In this document: positions 36,191-50,360 of the stretch, piece after piece
Layout of the letters: each line of letters starts with the position of its first letter
How positions within the stretch are numbered: the stretch's first letter is position 1
DNA from: Octopus sinensis
Lineage: Eukaryota
Assembly: GCF_006345805.1 (NCBI RefSeq)
Contig: NC_043019.1
Coordinates: 25,233,360 to 25,297,359, forward strand
DNA: 64,000 bases
Direction of reading: 5' to 3'
Notes under the pieces: generated by a model
The model's input: only the letters and a program-made list of their open reading frames with translations
What the model was told of the DNA's origin: nothing
Databases searched by the model: none
Made by a program: the position numbers and the translations under genes

Positions 36191-39100
36191 CCACCACAGT
36201 TCCAGGACACACATCTGCATTAAAGAAGCTATGCTGAAATTTCGTGACAGTTCTGTAAATTGTATATTCCTTGCCAATAAAAAAAATCTAGACTTCTCTA
36301 TGGCAACATTTTGCCACAATTTGCCAAATTACAATATTCCTGACAGCAATAAAACATTACTAAATTCTTTGGTAAAATATTTTCTGGGAACTGAACTGCC
36401 AGAATGAAACTTTAGCAGTTCATTTCTTTCATTAAATAGTCTTGAAATTTCTCAAAGAATTTCAGAGATTTAACTTTAAAGTTCTGTGTTGTTGCTTTTG
36501 TTGTTGTTGCCAATGGTCACATTACAGAACTTGCCGTAGAAAGTACTTTCTTCTTGGATTACATTACCCGCCACACTAAAAAAAAACCTCCGGGGGTAGG
36601 GTGTTGATTCGTTTTACCATCAAATGACTGGAACATTTCACCATTTACCCTACTTCTGTGACAAGAAGAAAAGTTTGTCTAGACTTCTTAATCTGTTTAC
36701 ATGCTTCTGATAAATAGCCACTTACTGTATTTGCACACATTGGAAGATGGCTACCTCAAGTGGTTTAAGAGGTACTTGCTGTTGTGGTTTTTAAACAAAC
36801 GTCACCATCATTTAATGTCCATGTTGATGATGATGATGTTTGTTTAAACAAACATGACCCCAAATTGTTTTCAAATGAAAGAACGGAATTAATATGAAAC
36901 AAAACAGGTGACGAAAGTATTAAATATATTGGCATGGCTGTGTGGTTAAGACGTTCACTTTGCAACCATGTGGTTTTGAGTTCAGTCCCACTGTGCAGCA
37001 TTTTGGTCAAGTGTCTTCTGTTATAATCCTGGGTCAACCAAAACCTTGTGCAAGTGATGGCGGACACACACGCACACACTCGACGGGCTTCTTTCAGTTT
37101 CCATCTGCCAAATCCACTCACAAGGCTTTGGTTGGCCTGAGGCTATAGTAGAAGATACCTCCCCAAGGTGCCACGCAGTGGGACTGAACCTGCAACCATG
37201 TGGTTAATAAGCAAGCTACTTACCACACAGCCACACCTGCACCTATTATTATCATCATTATTATTATTATTAAGGTGGCAAGCTGGCAGAATGGTAAGCA
37301 TGTCGGGTGTAATGCTTAGCAGTATTTTGTCCTTCGCTACGTTCTGAGTTCAAATTCTGCCGAGGTCAGCTTTACCATTCATCCTTTCATGGGGATCGAT
37401 AAAATAAGTACCAGTTGAACACCGGGGTTGATGTAATCAACTCATCCCCTCCACAGAATTGCTGCCCTTGTGACAAAATTTGAAACCATTATTATTATTA
37501 TTAAGGTAGCGAGCTGGCAGAATCGTTTGCATACTGCATAAAATGCTTAGCGATATTTTGTCCGTCTGTACTTTCTAAGTTCAAATTCCGCCAAGGTTGA
37601 CTTTCCCTTTCATCCTTTCAGGGTCGATAAATTAAGTACCAGTTACATACTGGGGTTGGTGTAATTGACTTATCCCCACTCCCAGAATTTCAGGCCTTGT
37701 GCCTATAGTAGAAAGGATTATTATTATTGTGGTAAGTAGCTTGTTTACCAACCACATGGTTCCGGGTTCAGTCCCACTGCCTGGCACCTTGGGCAAGTGT
37801 CTTCTGCTATAGCCTCGGGCTGACCAGAGCCTTGTAAGTGGATTTGGTAGACGGAAACTGAAAGAAGCACGTTGTATATATGTATATATATGCGTGTGTG
37901 TGTGTTTGTGTGTTTGTGTGTGTGTGTGTGTTTGTCCCCCTAGCATTGCTTGACAACCGATGCTGGTGTGTTTATGTCCCCCGTTACTTAGCAGTTCGGC
38001 AAAAGATACCGATAGAATAAGTACTGGGCTTACAAAAGAATAAGTCCCAGGGTCGAGTTGCTCGATTAAAGGCGGTGCTCCAGCATGGCCGCTGTCAAAT
38101 GACTGAAACAAGGAAAAGAGTATTATTATTATTACTATCATTATTATTATTATTATTATTGTTATTATTATTTCTGTTAATGTGTGTGTTGCTGTTATTG
38201 TTGAGCTCGCTCTTTTCCTTAGTACTGTTGTGCTGTCTCCAATGTACTACTAGTCCCTTGTGGCGAATAACAGAAATCATTATTATACAACTACTACTAC
38301 TTCTATTATTATCATTATTAGTCGGGCCATTTCAATATACTTACATTGCTTGAGAAATGCATAAACATCATTTTCCTTTAACTCCAACCTAAATAACCCA
38401 GACCTCAGGCCTTGTCTACACAAATCAATCAATCATTAGAGGAAATTATTGTTTTCTAATGGTATTATTGTTATCATTATTATTATTATTATTTTTTTTT
38501 TTACAGTATATTGTTCATCCACCTCCTCTCATTTGTTATTCGATGCTGCTTTTCTTTCTTTTCTTAAGAATCTGGTGTTTCTTAATGAGCAGATGTCTAT
38601 ATTTAAATGGTTTTATTTATAGCCAATGGAAAAGCAGTATGGATTTGGTCTTGTTGTGTTGTGATGGTTTATAGATCAGCAGTTTTTATTAATTTCTGTC
38701 TTTCTGGCTTACACACCATCATCTGCTTCTTGGCTGAGTTGCAGTCCTGTGTCAAGCACTCGTTGCACTCTGCCAGCTGCACAATATGGTCGGCAGAGCA
38801 TCGACCCTTGTGCTGTATGTACCGTGGGTTTGGAGAAGTTTTGAATGATGATGTTTTGGGCACAATCTTGGGTGTTAATGCAGACAGCCTGAGTAGGGTC
38901 TTCTGGAGGACTTTTAGGTTGGAGATTAAGGTCTACCTCCAGTGTTGTAGGGGAGGGAGCCTTTCAGGTTTAGGATTATCCCTGCAACTAAAGGAAGTGG
39001 GACCACTTTCGAGATGCATACAGGGTGACAAAAACCTTTCTGCATCTACACGCGCACACACACACACACATACACACATACATATACATACATTCAGTGT

Positions 39101-39199
39101 CCTTTTGTTGTTGACTTGTAGGCTTGTATTGAACAGCTGCTACCACATGTGGGAGTAGGGTGGGGGCTAGCTGTTGGCTGCTACAACATGTAGGAAGCA

Positions 39200-40465
39200 T
39201 TTAACTGTTGGTTGCAAACACACATTCATGCAAGCATGTGCAAGTATAGTTTTGCATGCATATTATTGCATATATAGGCAAAGTTATATTCACACATGTA
39301 TAATTAAATATATCGCTATGTGCATTACATGTACATTTACATGAGTCTATACACATACACTTAAATGGTACTACATGTATACACATGTAGAACAGCTACA
39401 TGCACATGCATATGTATGTGTAGCTTCAATAGCATATGAGCATATTTCTTCATGTTTTTATGCATGAATGCACATGTGTATATGCCTGGATGCACACACA
39501 TGCACACACACACACACACACATATATATGTATGTATGAATGTATGTATATATGCATGTCTACACTTGATTGCATCTTTATTCAGAGTGATAGATGTCTA
39601 CATGCAGAAATATAATTGCACATTCATGCAATTATATGCATACTCATGCATGCATGTGTTAAGATTTATGCAGTTTGTCATGCAGGCATTAACTGCTTAT
39701 TTACTCACACACATCCATCTATATGCACACACACACACACACACACTACCTTGTTCATGTAGATATTTATGTGCATGCATGCATGCACACACCCACACAC
39801 ATGCACTCACATGCACACACACACACATACTTGTTCATCTGTACGTATGAGTTTGCATGCTTGTACACACTTGTACAATGACATACCCACTATTGCTCAA
39901 GTATACAATGGCAAAGACAGCTGTATACATGCTGGTTCATCTATGCACATGCACACGTGCATTCACAGAGATGGCCCTGACTTCACACACTCTCTTACAC
40001 GCATACACTTATATACAAACATATATAACACACACACACACAGTCACACATACACATAGTCACACACACACATGCAGTCACACACACATGCAGTCATGCA
40101 CACATGCAGTCATGCACACATGCAGTCACGCACATGCAGTCACACACGCACACACAGTCACACACACACACAGTCACATGCACACATAGTCTCACACAGT
40201 CACACACACACATACAGTCACACACAGTCACATGCACGCCGTCACACACACATGCAGTCACACACACATGCAGTCACGCACACATGCAGTCACACACACA
40301 TGCAGTCACACATACATGCAGTCACACACACACACACACGTAGTCACACACACAGTCACATACACACAGTCTCACACACACATACAGCCACATACACACA
40401 CACAGTCGCACACATACACAGTCACACATACACACATACAATCACACACATACATATGTATGTGT
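39200..40465. repeat. Long CA-rich satellite-like tract including (CACACACATGCAGT)n
   Basis: Direct inspection; source of the HT-rich spurious ORFs. Confidence 0.9.
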
Positions 40466-40573
40466 ATGTAGTTACTTCTTCAGATTTTTTCCTCCACTTC
40501 ACTTCTTCCCCACCACTGCCACCCCCCCCCATACTAAGTGTGAAAACACTTCTATTTCCTTCTAAATATGTGA

Positions 40574-41295
40574 AGGTGCATGACTTTAGTGGTCAAGGTA
40601 TCCAGCTCATGGTTGTAAGGTCAGGTGTTTGATTCCCCCTGACACATTGTGTCCTTGAGCAAGACACTTATTTCACATTGCGCAGGAGTGGCTGTGTGGT
40701 AAGTAGTTTGCTAACCAACCACATGGTTCCGGGTTCAGTCCCACTGCGTGGCATCTTGGGCAAGTGTCTTCTGCTATAGCCCCGGGCCGACCAATGCCTG
40801 GTGAGTGGATTTGGTAGACGGAAACTGAAAGAAGCCTGTCGTATATATGTATATATATATATATATATATGTATGTCTGTGTGTGTTTGTGTGTCTGTGT
40901 TTGTCCCCCTAGCCTTGCTTGACAACCGATGCTGGTGTGTTTACGTCCCTGTCACTTAGCGGTTCGGCAAAAGAGACCGATAGTACTGGGCTTACAAAGA
41001 ATAAGTCTCGGGGTCGATTTGCTTGACTAAAAGCGGTGCTCCAGTATGGTCGCAGTCAAATGACTGAAACAAGTAAAAGAGTAAAAGAGAGTAAAGAGAG
41101 TCCTCTCAGCTGGCAAAAATGAGTTGTACCTGAAATTCAAAGGGGCCAGCCTTGTCACATTCTGTAGCATGCTGAATCTCCCTGAAAAATATGTTAAGGG
41201 TACACATGTCTGTGGAGTACTCAACCACTTACATGTTAATTTCATGAGCATGCTGTTCTGTTGATCAGATCAACTAGGACCCTTCTTGTTGTGAC
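40574..41295 (+). mobile_element. Family E SINE interrupted by a family C SINE (40682-41100)
   Basis: The E head ends at TTTCACATTGC. After the C tail, E resumes at TCCTCTCAGCTGGCAAAAATGAG. Confidence 0.8.
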
Positions 41296-41659
41296 CAATA
41301 GCATGTTGGTTCCTTCAAACTGTGGAGGCCACCAATCCTGATAATGTCTCTTCTGTTTAACCTAAACTGCTGCACCCATCATTAGAAATGTCTTCCATTT
41401 CTTCTCTCTTTAGTGTTCTGACTAAGTCTTTGGAAATATGCTGCAATGGTGTGGTTCCATCTCAAAGGGCAACCTTTGAGGTCCTGCCTATAACTGACCC
41501 ATCATATTTGTTGCCAAACACCCTCAAATCTGAGAGAAAAAGTTAAGCCACCTTCTCCAACACCCTGGGTCTCTCTCTCTCTCCCCTCTCCTTCCCTCCC
41601 TCCCTCCACACACTTCCATAGCTAGATCTCATAAATACTTGTTTTCCTGTGTTTTTCAC

Positions 41660-42300
41660 GTTGGTTCTACACTTTTGAGAAGTCCAGTAAAATGAACGTC
41701 GTGGTACTCAACATTAGCAAAACCTTTGTCCACATCCACTATGGGAATCACCTTGCTAAGCTTCTCTTTTGTGGTCTTCATCCATTTCTAATCTCCCAGT
41801 TTAGAAATATCTTCTCACATAACACCATCACAATGTGTACTCACGGGGTTATCAAACCCACACAGTATCAGCTCTGATGTGCCATAAATTGGGCCACATC
41901 TCCTACATCCCCTTACACCCTATGTTCACCTGCAGGTGATAATTCTCTTCATTCTTCTTTAACCTGCTATACAAAGCTATTGTGATATTCTGAGATGTGC
42001 TACGGGGTTTTTCTTACAGATAGGGATTTATCTCCCTTACTGGACATTGTTAACAGCGCATGACAGGAACTGGAAAGCAGTCTAGTAGTTCATTATTCTT
42101 TGATGTGACTCTGCTCACACCAGGCATATAAGGCCTGCACTGCTCTTAAGAAAAGCCCTTCACTACCATTTATGGAACATCGACCATCAGAAATTTTTCT
42201 CATCTCTGGGCTGTCTTTTCTGTTTCACTCTAGTTGGATCCCTGCTTCCTTCTAGGTTTTGCAGCCCTGTTATGTTTCCATTAAGAAGGCCTTTCTCTCC
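41660..42300 (+). mobile_element. Decayed CR1/L2-group reverse transcriptase relic
   Basis: VVVLNISKTFVHIHYGNHLAKLLFCGLHPFLISQFRNIFSHNTITMC resembles VALDISKAFDRVWH..LL.KL.SYG....L..WI.SFLS.R.I.V. Downstream GDNSLHSS resembles ADDSTLHSS. Confidence 0.6.
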
Positions 42301-42695
42301 CAGATTTAGTTTTGAATTGTCATCTATGCTTTTATAACTTTTTCTACATAGGGGCATTGGGCTTTTCCAAATCCATTTTCACCTCTGAGAAGTGGTTATG
42401 TGTATTAGTCTGGCCTCTATTCTTTGACCTGTCAATGAGAGGCCCTACATAGAGCTTGCCCTCTCCTCTGAAGAGAGATCTACTCTCAAGCATTTTCCAC
42501 TGGAGACATAACAGTCTAGTATCTCTCAACAACACAGACACAACTACTGCTCATATCAAGGATACATCCTGTATCTTTCATTCTCTCATTGTGGACACCA
42601 ATACAAATCAGCCTTCAAAATGTTAACACTTAACTCAGTCTAATCTTCCAGAAGAAGTGATGTTGCTGTTTATTGCTGTCACTTTATAGTGTTAA

Positions 42696-42916
42696 CCCTT
42701 TAGTGTTCGCATTATTCTGCCAAAATTAATCCTTTTTTATCCACATTGCCTTGAAATAATTATGCATTATCTTGTACCTTTGAGATTTTGATGTGGTAGC
42801 TGTTAATTTTTAAAACGATATTGTAGGGCTGGTGTGAGAGACCAGATCTGGCCAGTTTGAACATAAAACAGGCAGAATACTTTTGGCCAGATATGGCTGG
42901 GTTGAATGCTAAAGGG
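42696..42916 (+). mobile_element. piggyBac-like MITE (221 bp), family G1
   Basis: TTAA|CCCTTTAGTGTTC...GAATGCTAAAGGG|TTAA. Confidence 0.85.
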
Positions 42917-43342
42917 TTAAATAGGGCCAATGTCATTGGAGTCGTCGACACTACCACTGGTATTTGATGTATAATATCAGCAGCAATCACATTGGCCTTT
43001 ACCTATTGTAAAGCAGCAGTAATAAACGCCAACATCCCTTCATCCAGAAGATGAGACCATGAAGGGCAAGAAACACTGGTGTGTTCTTTGCAGTTTGTCT
43101 CGAACAAACTGCAAAGAACACATACAGTCATATTAAAAAAATAATAATGTTGGTTAAAAAATAATATTTGAACATAATCATATATGTACATATATTTATA
43201 AGTACACTCACACATTATATATATATATATAATAAAATAGGGTAATAATAAATTATTATTACCAGTGGCATAGCACAAAAAACGAATTAGTCATTAGACT
43301 ATATATTATTCATATAGAAATACAATAAGAGGCCTCTTATTG

Positions 43343-43373
<31 letters not shown>

Positions 43374-43625
43374 GTATTATGTATATATGTGTGTGTATTT
43401 GTGTATAAGAGCAGCTTCTGCGCATTTCTGTTTTTCAACTTCCACCTATAAAATTTCATCAGGCCCAAAGTTATATTAACAGATGATTGCCTATTGTTTT
43501 CCGTAACGAGATTGAACTTGGAACCACATGACTGAGAAATGGACTTCTTAACCACCCAACCATGTCTGACAATGCACTTTTATACATACACCCTCAATCA
43601 CACAAGTTCTTCTATATATATATAC

Positions 43626-43678
<53 letters not shown>

Positions 43679-43686
43679 TAATATAT

Positions 43687-43790
43687 AAGTCCTCATTCTT
43701 TCTTCCTTTCCTGAGCATCCAATAATACTATACTTGTTCCACGTCCTCGCGTTGTTGTGTTTTCTCTTTGTGTTCATGTTTGATTTGGAT

Positions 43791-43794
<4 letters not shown>
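43687..43794 (+). mobile_element. 3' fragment of the P6 element between (TA)n tracts
   Basis: Matches the minus strand of 55604-55680 (CCAATAATAC...CTTGTTCCACGTCCTCGCGTTGTTGTG...TTTGGATTAAC). The hammerhead is absent. Confidence 0.75.
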
Positions 43795-43846
<52 letters not shown>

Positions 43847-44464
43847 GCTCCTATACTCTGATAAGTCATTAGCAAACCAGTTTACCTATGTAGTTCAGTC
43901 CTCAGGTGGGTCCAGTTTACCTGTATTGCTAAAACTATTGAGAATGGCATGGATGGAGAAGAATATGGATTGTTTAAGCTTGTTCCACTAATTCAGAAAG
44001 GTCTTTCTTCTTCGTTTTTCTCCTTTTCCTGCACCTCTATTTCCCCCCCCCCTTCCGTGCCCATCCCTCTATACAGTAGCAGCCTGTTCTGTAGTACACC
44101 ACTGCATCACAATGAAAAGGCATCTTTGTCCTGGTTTCTCATTCCCTCACTTGTAAGAACTTCACCTACCTGTATACAGGAGGTGGGGTGGGTGGACGGG
44201 GGGGCGGGGTGTGGTGGGGTGGGGACTATCACACAGGCCTTCCTGCTTCATTGAGAAACTGCTGCTGCTGCTCGTGTTACTGCTGCCGCTATTACTACTA
44301 CTAGTACCATTACTACCTCTACCACCACCACCACCACCACCCTTCCCAGAAGTAACACTACCTCAATTTCCAGCTCTGCAGCGGGCAGGTAAGCTATCAT
44401 TCACATTTGCCTCTTCATTGAGAAGCTGCTGCTGCTACTACTACTACTGCTGCTACTGCTGCTG

Positions 44465-44497
<33 letters not shown>

Positions 44498-44527
44498 ACC
44501 ACTACCACCACCACCACCACCACCACC

Positions 44528-44574
<47 letters not shown>

Positions 44575-44968
44575 TTCTATATAATTAAATTCCTGACATA
44601 CTTCTTTCAGCCCTTTCTCATTTCTTTCCTTCTATCTGTCACCCTCTTTCCATTGATTTCCTTTTCACCTGTCTCTCTCTCTCTCTCTCTCTACCCCCCC
44701 CCCCTTTTGTTTTCTCTCACCTTTCTCCTTCAAACTATCTCTCCCTCAACCCCCCCCCCGTCACCTCACCACCACCACCACCATCACTAAAACATTCCGA
44801 GAATGCTCACAATGTAATAATTCCAACAACAGACCTATCCAAGTCCTTTCATCCATTCATCCATTCATCCATGCCAGCCATCTCTAAATGTGCTGTTTCA
44901 GCTTAGCTGCATGCGCTTACACACAAGTAACCATATGCACATGCATACGTGCATTTGAGTTTGTATAT

Positions 44969-45012
<44 letters not shown>

Positions 45013-45473
45013 CATCATCATCATCATCATCATCATCATTTAACGTCCGTTTTCCGCGCTAGCACTGGTTGGATGGTTCGACCGGGGTCTGGGAAGCCAG
45101 GGGCTGCTCCAGGCTCCAGTCTGATCTGGCAGAGTTTCTACGGCTGGATGCCCTTCCTAACGCCAACCACTCCATATATTTATACACACACACATATATA
45201 TTTATACACACACACATATATATTTATACATACACATATATATTTATACACACACACACAATATATATATAAACACACATATACATATATACACACACAC
45301 ACACACACATATGTATGTCTTAAATACGTACAGAAATACATATGTGCACTCACATACATGCATAAATAACAGAAAATAGAAGGAATGGCATTCTTTATTG
45401 AAAATCACTAGAATCATTTTTACAACTGTAACACCTGTAGCAGTATATTGATGAGATATTGTGTAATCTCTCC

Positions 45474-45539
<66 letters not shown>

Positions 45540-48157
45540 ATTACTCTTTTACTCTTTTACTTGTTTCAGTCATTTGACTGTGGCCATGCTGGAGCACCGC
45601 CTTTAGTCGAGCAAATCGACCCCGGGACTTATTCTTTGTAAGCCCAGTACTTATTCTATCGGTCTCTTTTGCCAAACCGCTAAGTGACGGGGACGTAAAC
45701 ACACCACCATCGGTTGTCAAGCAATGCTAGGGGGACAAACACAGACACACAAACACATACACACACATATATATACATACATATATACGACAGGCTTCTT
45801 TCAGTTTCCGTCTACCAAATCCACTCACAAGGCATTGGTCGGCCAGGGGCTATAGCAGAAGACACTTGCCCAAGATGCCACGCAGTGGGACTGAACCGGA
45901 ACCATGTGGTTGGTTAGCAAGCTACTTACCACACAGCCATATATATATATATGTTGGTAGATGTGTATATAGACACATACAGGCTTACATGCATAAACTC
46001 ACACACGCACACATTCTTCTATGTTCATTTTTGCCAAGCCAGGATTACACAAATGTTACTGAGGCATTGCTTCACAACTTGATGGATGCCTTTGCCGTCA
46101 CTAACCCTTGCCTGTTTTGTCAAAAAAAAAAGGGATTTGTTATTTGCAGTGGTTTTGAGGGTGTGTAATGGTCACATGATTCGTAGACAGGAGAACTGAC
46201 AATAACAACACCATTGATACAGCACAAATCTTATAGAAGCAAGCAAGATGTAAACGAACATGCACATGCTCTCTCTCTCACACACACACACACGCTCACA
46301 CACACACATGTTCACACACACACACCTAGAACACCTTCTTAGATGGTAAGAGTGGATTAACCCTTTAGTGTTCAGATTATTCTGTTGTTTTAATTCTTTT
46401 GTTTTTGTTAACCGTATTATTTTCAACTGTCTACAAACACAGCCAGGCTGAAATAATTAAGACATTCTTCCAGGAGTGAATAAAAAATTCCCAGACTTGA
46501 GGAGGTGGGCCCCTTAGATACTAACATGAGCTCACATCCTGTCAATGATGCATTGAGTCCTTGAGCAAGACATTTTTTTTCACATTGCTCCAGTCCACTC
46601 AGCTGGTAAAATTGAGCTGCACCTGTAATTGAAAAAGGGCCAGCTTAGTCACATTCTGTGTCACACTGAATCTCCCTGAGAACTATGTTAAGGGTACACG
46701 TATCTGTGGAGTACTCAGCCACTTGCGTGTTAATTTCACGAGCCAGCTGTTCTCTTCATCAGATCAACTGGAACCCTCGTTGCCATAATCAATGGAGTGC
46801 CAGAAGGAATGCATCTTTTGTTTCAGTCATTGACTTGTGGCCATGCTGGGGCACTACCTTCAAGGGTTTTAGTTAAACAAATTGACCCCCCCCCCAGTAC
46901 CTATTTTTAAGCCTGGTGCTTATTCTGTCAGCCTCTGTTGCTGAACTGCCAAGTTACAGGGACCATAAACAAACCAACACTGGTTGTCAAGCAGTGACGG
47001 GAGCCAAACATGAAGCTTCCCCACCTCCTATGCTGTTTCTATCTATCAAACTCACCCACAAGACATTGGTCAGTGCCCGGGGCTATAATAGAGGACACTT
47101 TCTCTGGGTTTCCTGCTGTGGGACTGAACCTGAAACCATAAAATTGCAAACAAACTGAGGTTCTTAACCACACAACCATGTCTGCACCTGTGTGTGTGTG
47201 TGTTGTGTGTGTGTGCATATATATCATCATCATCATCATTTAATGTCCATGTTTTCAGCTGGTATGGGTTGCACTATATATATATGTATGTATGTATGTA
47301 TGTATGATGTATGTATGTATGTATTCTTTTACTTGTTTCAGTCATTTGACTGTGATCACGCTGGAGCACCACCTTTTAGTCGAACAAATCAACCCCAGGA
47401 CTTATTATTCGTAAGCCTAGTACTTATTCTATCAGTCTCTTTTTGCCGAGCTGCTAAGTTACGAGGATTTAAACACACCAACATTGGTTGTCAAGTGAAG
47501 GTGGGGAGGTAGGGGACAAACACAGACAGACACACACACACACATGCATGCACACAAATATATATGATGGGCTTCTTTCAGTTTCCATCCAACAAATCCA
47601 CTCACAAGGCTTTGGTTGGCCTGAAGCTATAGTAGAAGACACTGGCCCAAGATGCCTCACAAGTGGGACTGAACCCAGCACCATCAGGTTGGGAAGAAAG
47701 CTTCTTACCACACATCCACTCCTGTGCCTGGGTTCAAATTCTGCCGGGGTTGACTTTGCCTTTCATCCTTTCGGGGTTTATAAATTAAGTACCAGTTACA
47801 CACTGGGGTCAATGTAATCGACTTAATCCGTTTGTCCCCTCTGTGTTTAACCCCTTGTGGGTAGTAAAGAAATATATATATACATACATACATATACCTG
47901 CATATAGCATATGAGAGAAAGAGAAAGAAAATGTCTCCATCCCTGCCCACCTCATTTGATTGTCGTATTTCTTACTTACTCCTCTTCTTCCTAACCCATC
48001 ATCATCATCATCCCTTAAAACCCCTTTTTTCGCAGTATTTGCATTTTCTCCCCTTTCATCAGCCACCTGTTAGTGATCTGTGTGTGTGTGTGTGTGTGTG
48101 CATTCTGGCTTGTGTGTGTGCATGTAAGTGCATTCATGGGTATGTGTATGTATAAAC

Positions 48158-48194
<37 letters not shown>

Positions 48195-48954
48195 GGAATG
48201 AGGTTGTTTTGGTTAGGTGTTTTTTTTTCTTTGAGGAAAACAGAGAATGGAAGAAGGAAGTGTGGGGTGGGGGTGAGAGGATGGAAAGAAGGGAAAAGGG
48301 AATACAAAGGAAGGAGTTGGAGGAGAGAAGGGGGGGAAATGGTGGAATGGGATAGAGTAGGAGGTATATAAGTGGGAAGGGGGGGAGTAGGCGAGTAAAG
48401 GATGGAGGGAGGAAGGAAGGAGGGGAAGATGGGAAAGGAGAAATGGTGGGAGGAAGGAGTTAAATAGGAAAAAGACTACACAATGAAAGAAAAAAAAAAG
48501 CAAACGAAGGAGAATGAAAAGAGGAAGAAGAGAAAGAAAATGAAGGAACGGGGGGGGGGGATGGAATCAAGTGGAAAGAACGATGACGGTGGGGGGGGAA
48601 AGGAAAACTTGCAAAAGAACGGAAAAGAAAGAAGAGAAAATATATATATATATATATAAAAAAAAAAAGAAGAATGTTGAAAGGAAAAATACAAATAAAA
48701 GAAAGAGATGAAGGAGATGAAAGAAGCCCTGAATTTTTTCTTTCGATGTTTCTGCAATTTAATCTTAGAATTTTTTTCTTCTTTCTTTCTCCTCCCTTGC
48801 TGCTCAACTCAAGATCTTTGGTGATGATGTTGTTGTTGCTGCTGTTGTTGTTGTTGTTGTTGTAGTTGTTGTTGTAGTTCCTTTGGAAATATTGCCTCAG
48901 TTTCCCCTATGGAATGTTGGAGGAGTGCGTTGGGGGTTTGAACACATGTCAGGC

Positions 48955-49295
48955 GTGTGCGTGTGGTGTGTGTGTGTGTGTGCATGTGTGTGTGTGTGTG
49001 CATGTGTGTGTGTGTGTGCATGTGTGTGTGTGTATGTGTGTGTCTGTGTGTGTGTGTGTGTGTGCATGTGTGTGTGTGCATGTGTGTGTGTGTGCATGTG
49101 TGTGTGTGTGCATGTGCATGTGTGTTTGTGTGTGTGCATGTATGTGTGTGTGCGCATGTGTGTGTGTGTGTGCATGTGTGTGTGGTGCATCTGTGTGTGC
49201 GTGTGTGTGTGTGTGTGCGTGTGTGTATGTGTGTGTGTGTGTGTGCATGTGTGTGCGTGTGTGTGTGTGTGGTGTGTGTGTGTGTGTGTTTGTAG
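48955..49295. repeat. (GT)n tract with GCAT interruptions
   Basis: Direct inspection. Confidence 0.95.
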
Positions 49296-49944
49296 GTGTT
49301 ACAAAGAGGGCTGATAGCAAGGAAACTGCAAGGATAAAAATATTGATTGACATACAAATAAGTTGGCTTCAGCTGTATGTGCAGAGGGGTGGCTATGGGT
49401 GGAGAGCAAATGAGATTGTTTAAGGGCTTTCAACGATTTCTTACAACAGTTACAACAAGGCCTCAGGAATTACAAAGGAGTGGAGAAAAAGAGAGAGAGA
49501 GAGAGAGGAGCAGTGAGGGAGCAGTTGTGGTTGTTTTTGGTGATCAACTGATTTCTTTCATCTCTGCTGCAAGGCGTTGGCTTTTTATGGGGGGTAGGGC
49601 AATGGGCAATGGAAGGAGAACAATTAGGAATATACTTTATCCGCTTACTTTTTCTTTTACGAGGCTAAAAGATCTTGATTGAATAAACAACTGATTAGGA
49701 ATGGTTGCCGTTTAACCCCAGGTTAGTTCTGGTCAGGCAAATTTACAATCAAAGACATTCCAGTTGAGGCCATCATATCTTACTTATACACAGTATATCA
49801 ACAGCCACATTGAACAGTGTATCTTTTTTTTTTTGATTTTGTTGTTCTTACGACAATAGGATATAATTTGAGGGAGATCGGGTTGTTATTTCTAATCAGT
49901 TTAGCAACTACTTTGACACTCTCACATGTATTGTTGTTAGTATT

Positions 49945-50360
49945 TGTTTCTTTATTATCCACAAGGGGCTAAACATAGAGGGGACAAACAAGGACAGACA
50001 AGCGAATTAAGTCGATTACATCGACCCCAGTGCGTAACGGGTACTTAATTTATCGATCCCGAAAGGATGAAAGGCAAAGTCGACCTCGGCAGAATTTGAA
50101 CTCAGAACGTAATGACATGAAATACCTATTTCTTTACTACCCACAGGGGGCTAAACACAGAGAGGACAAACAAGGACAGACAAACGAATTAAGTCGATTA
50201 CATCGACCCCAGTGCATAACGAGTACTTAATTTATCGACCCCGAAAGGATGAAAGGCAAAGTCGACCTCGGTGGAATTTGAACTCAGAACGTAACGGCAG
50301 ACGAAATACGGCTACACATTTCGCCCGGCATGCTAACGATTCTGCCAGCTCACCACCTTA
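49945..50360 (-). mobile_element. Dimeric SINE-B insertion with a 15-bp TSD
   Basis: TSD ATTGTTGTTAGTATT at 49930-49944 and 50361-50375 encloses one full copy plus a second body and tail. Confidence 0.8.

Noticed and set aside
38700-38960. ~80-codon open frame on the minus strand ending at a GTAAGC donor; RT-like GRCSADHI fragment in another frame
   Set aside because: No acceptor in frame, no recognisable domain, and the motif match is too short.
39452-40632. His/Thr-rich ORFs; also Cys/Val-rich ORFs at 48809-49423 and IYLS ORFs at 12216-12722
   Set aside because: Translations of microsatellites.
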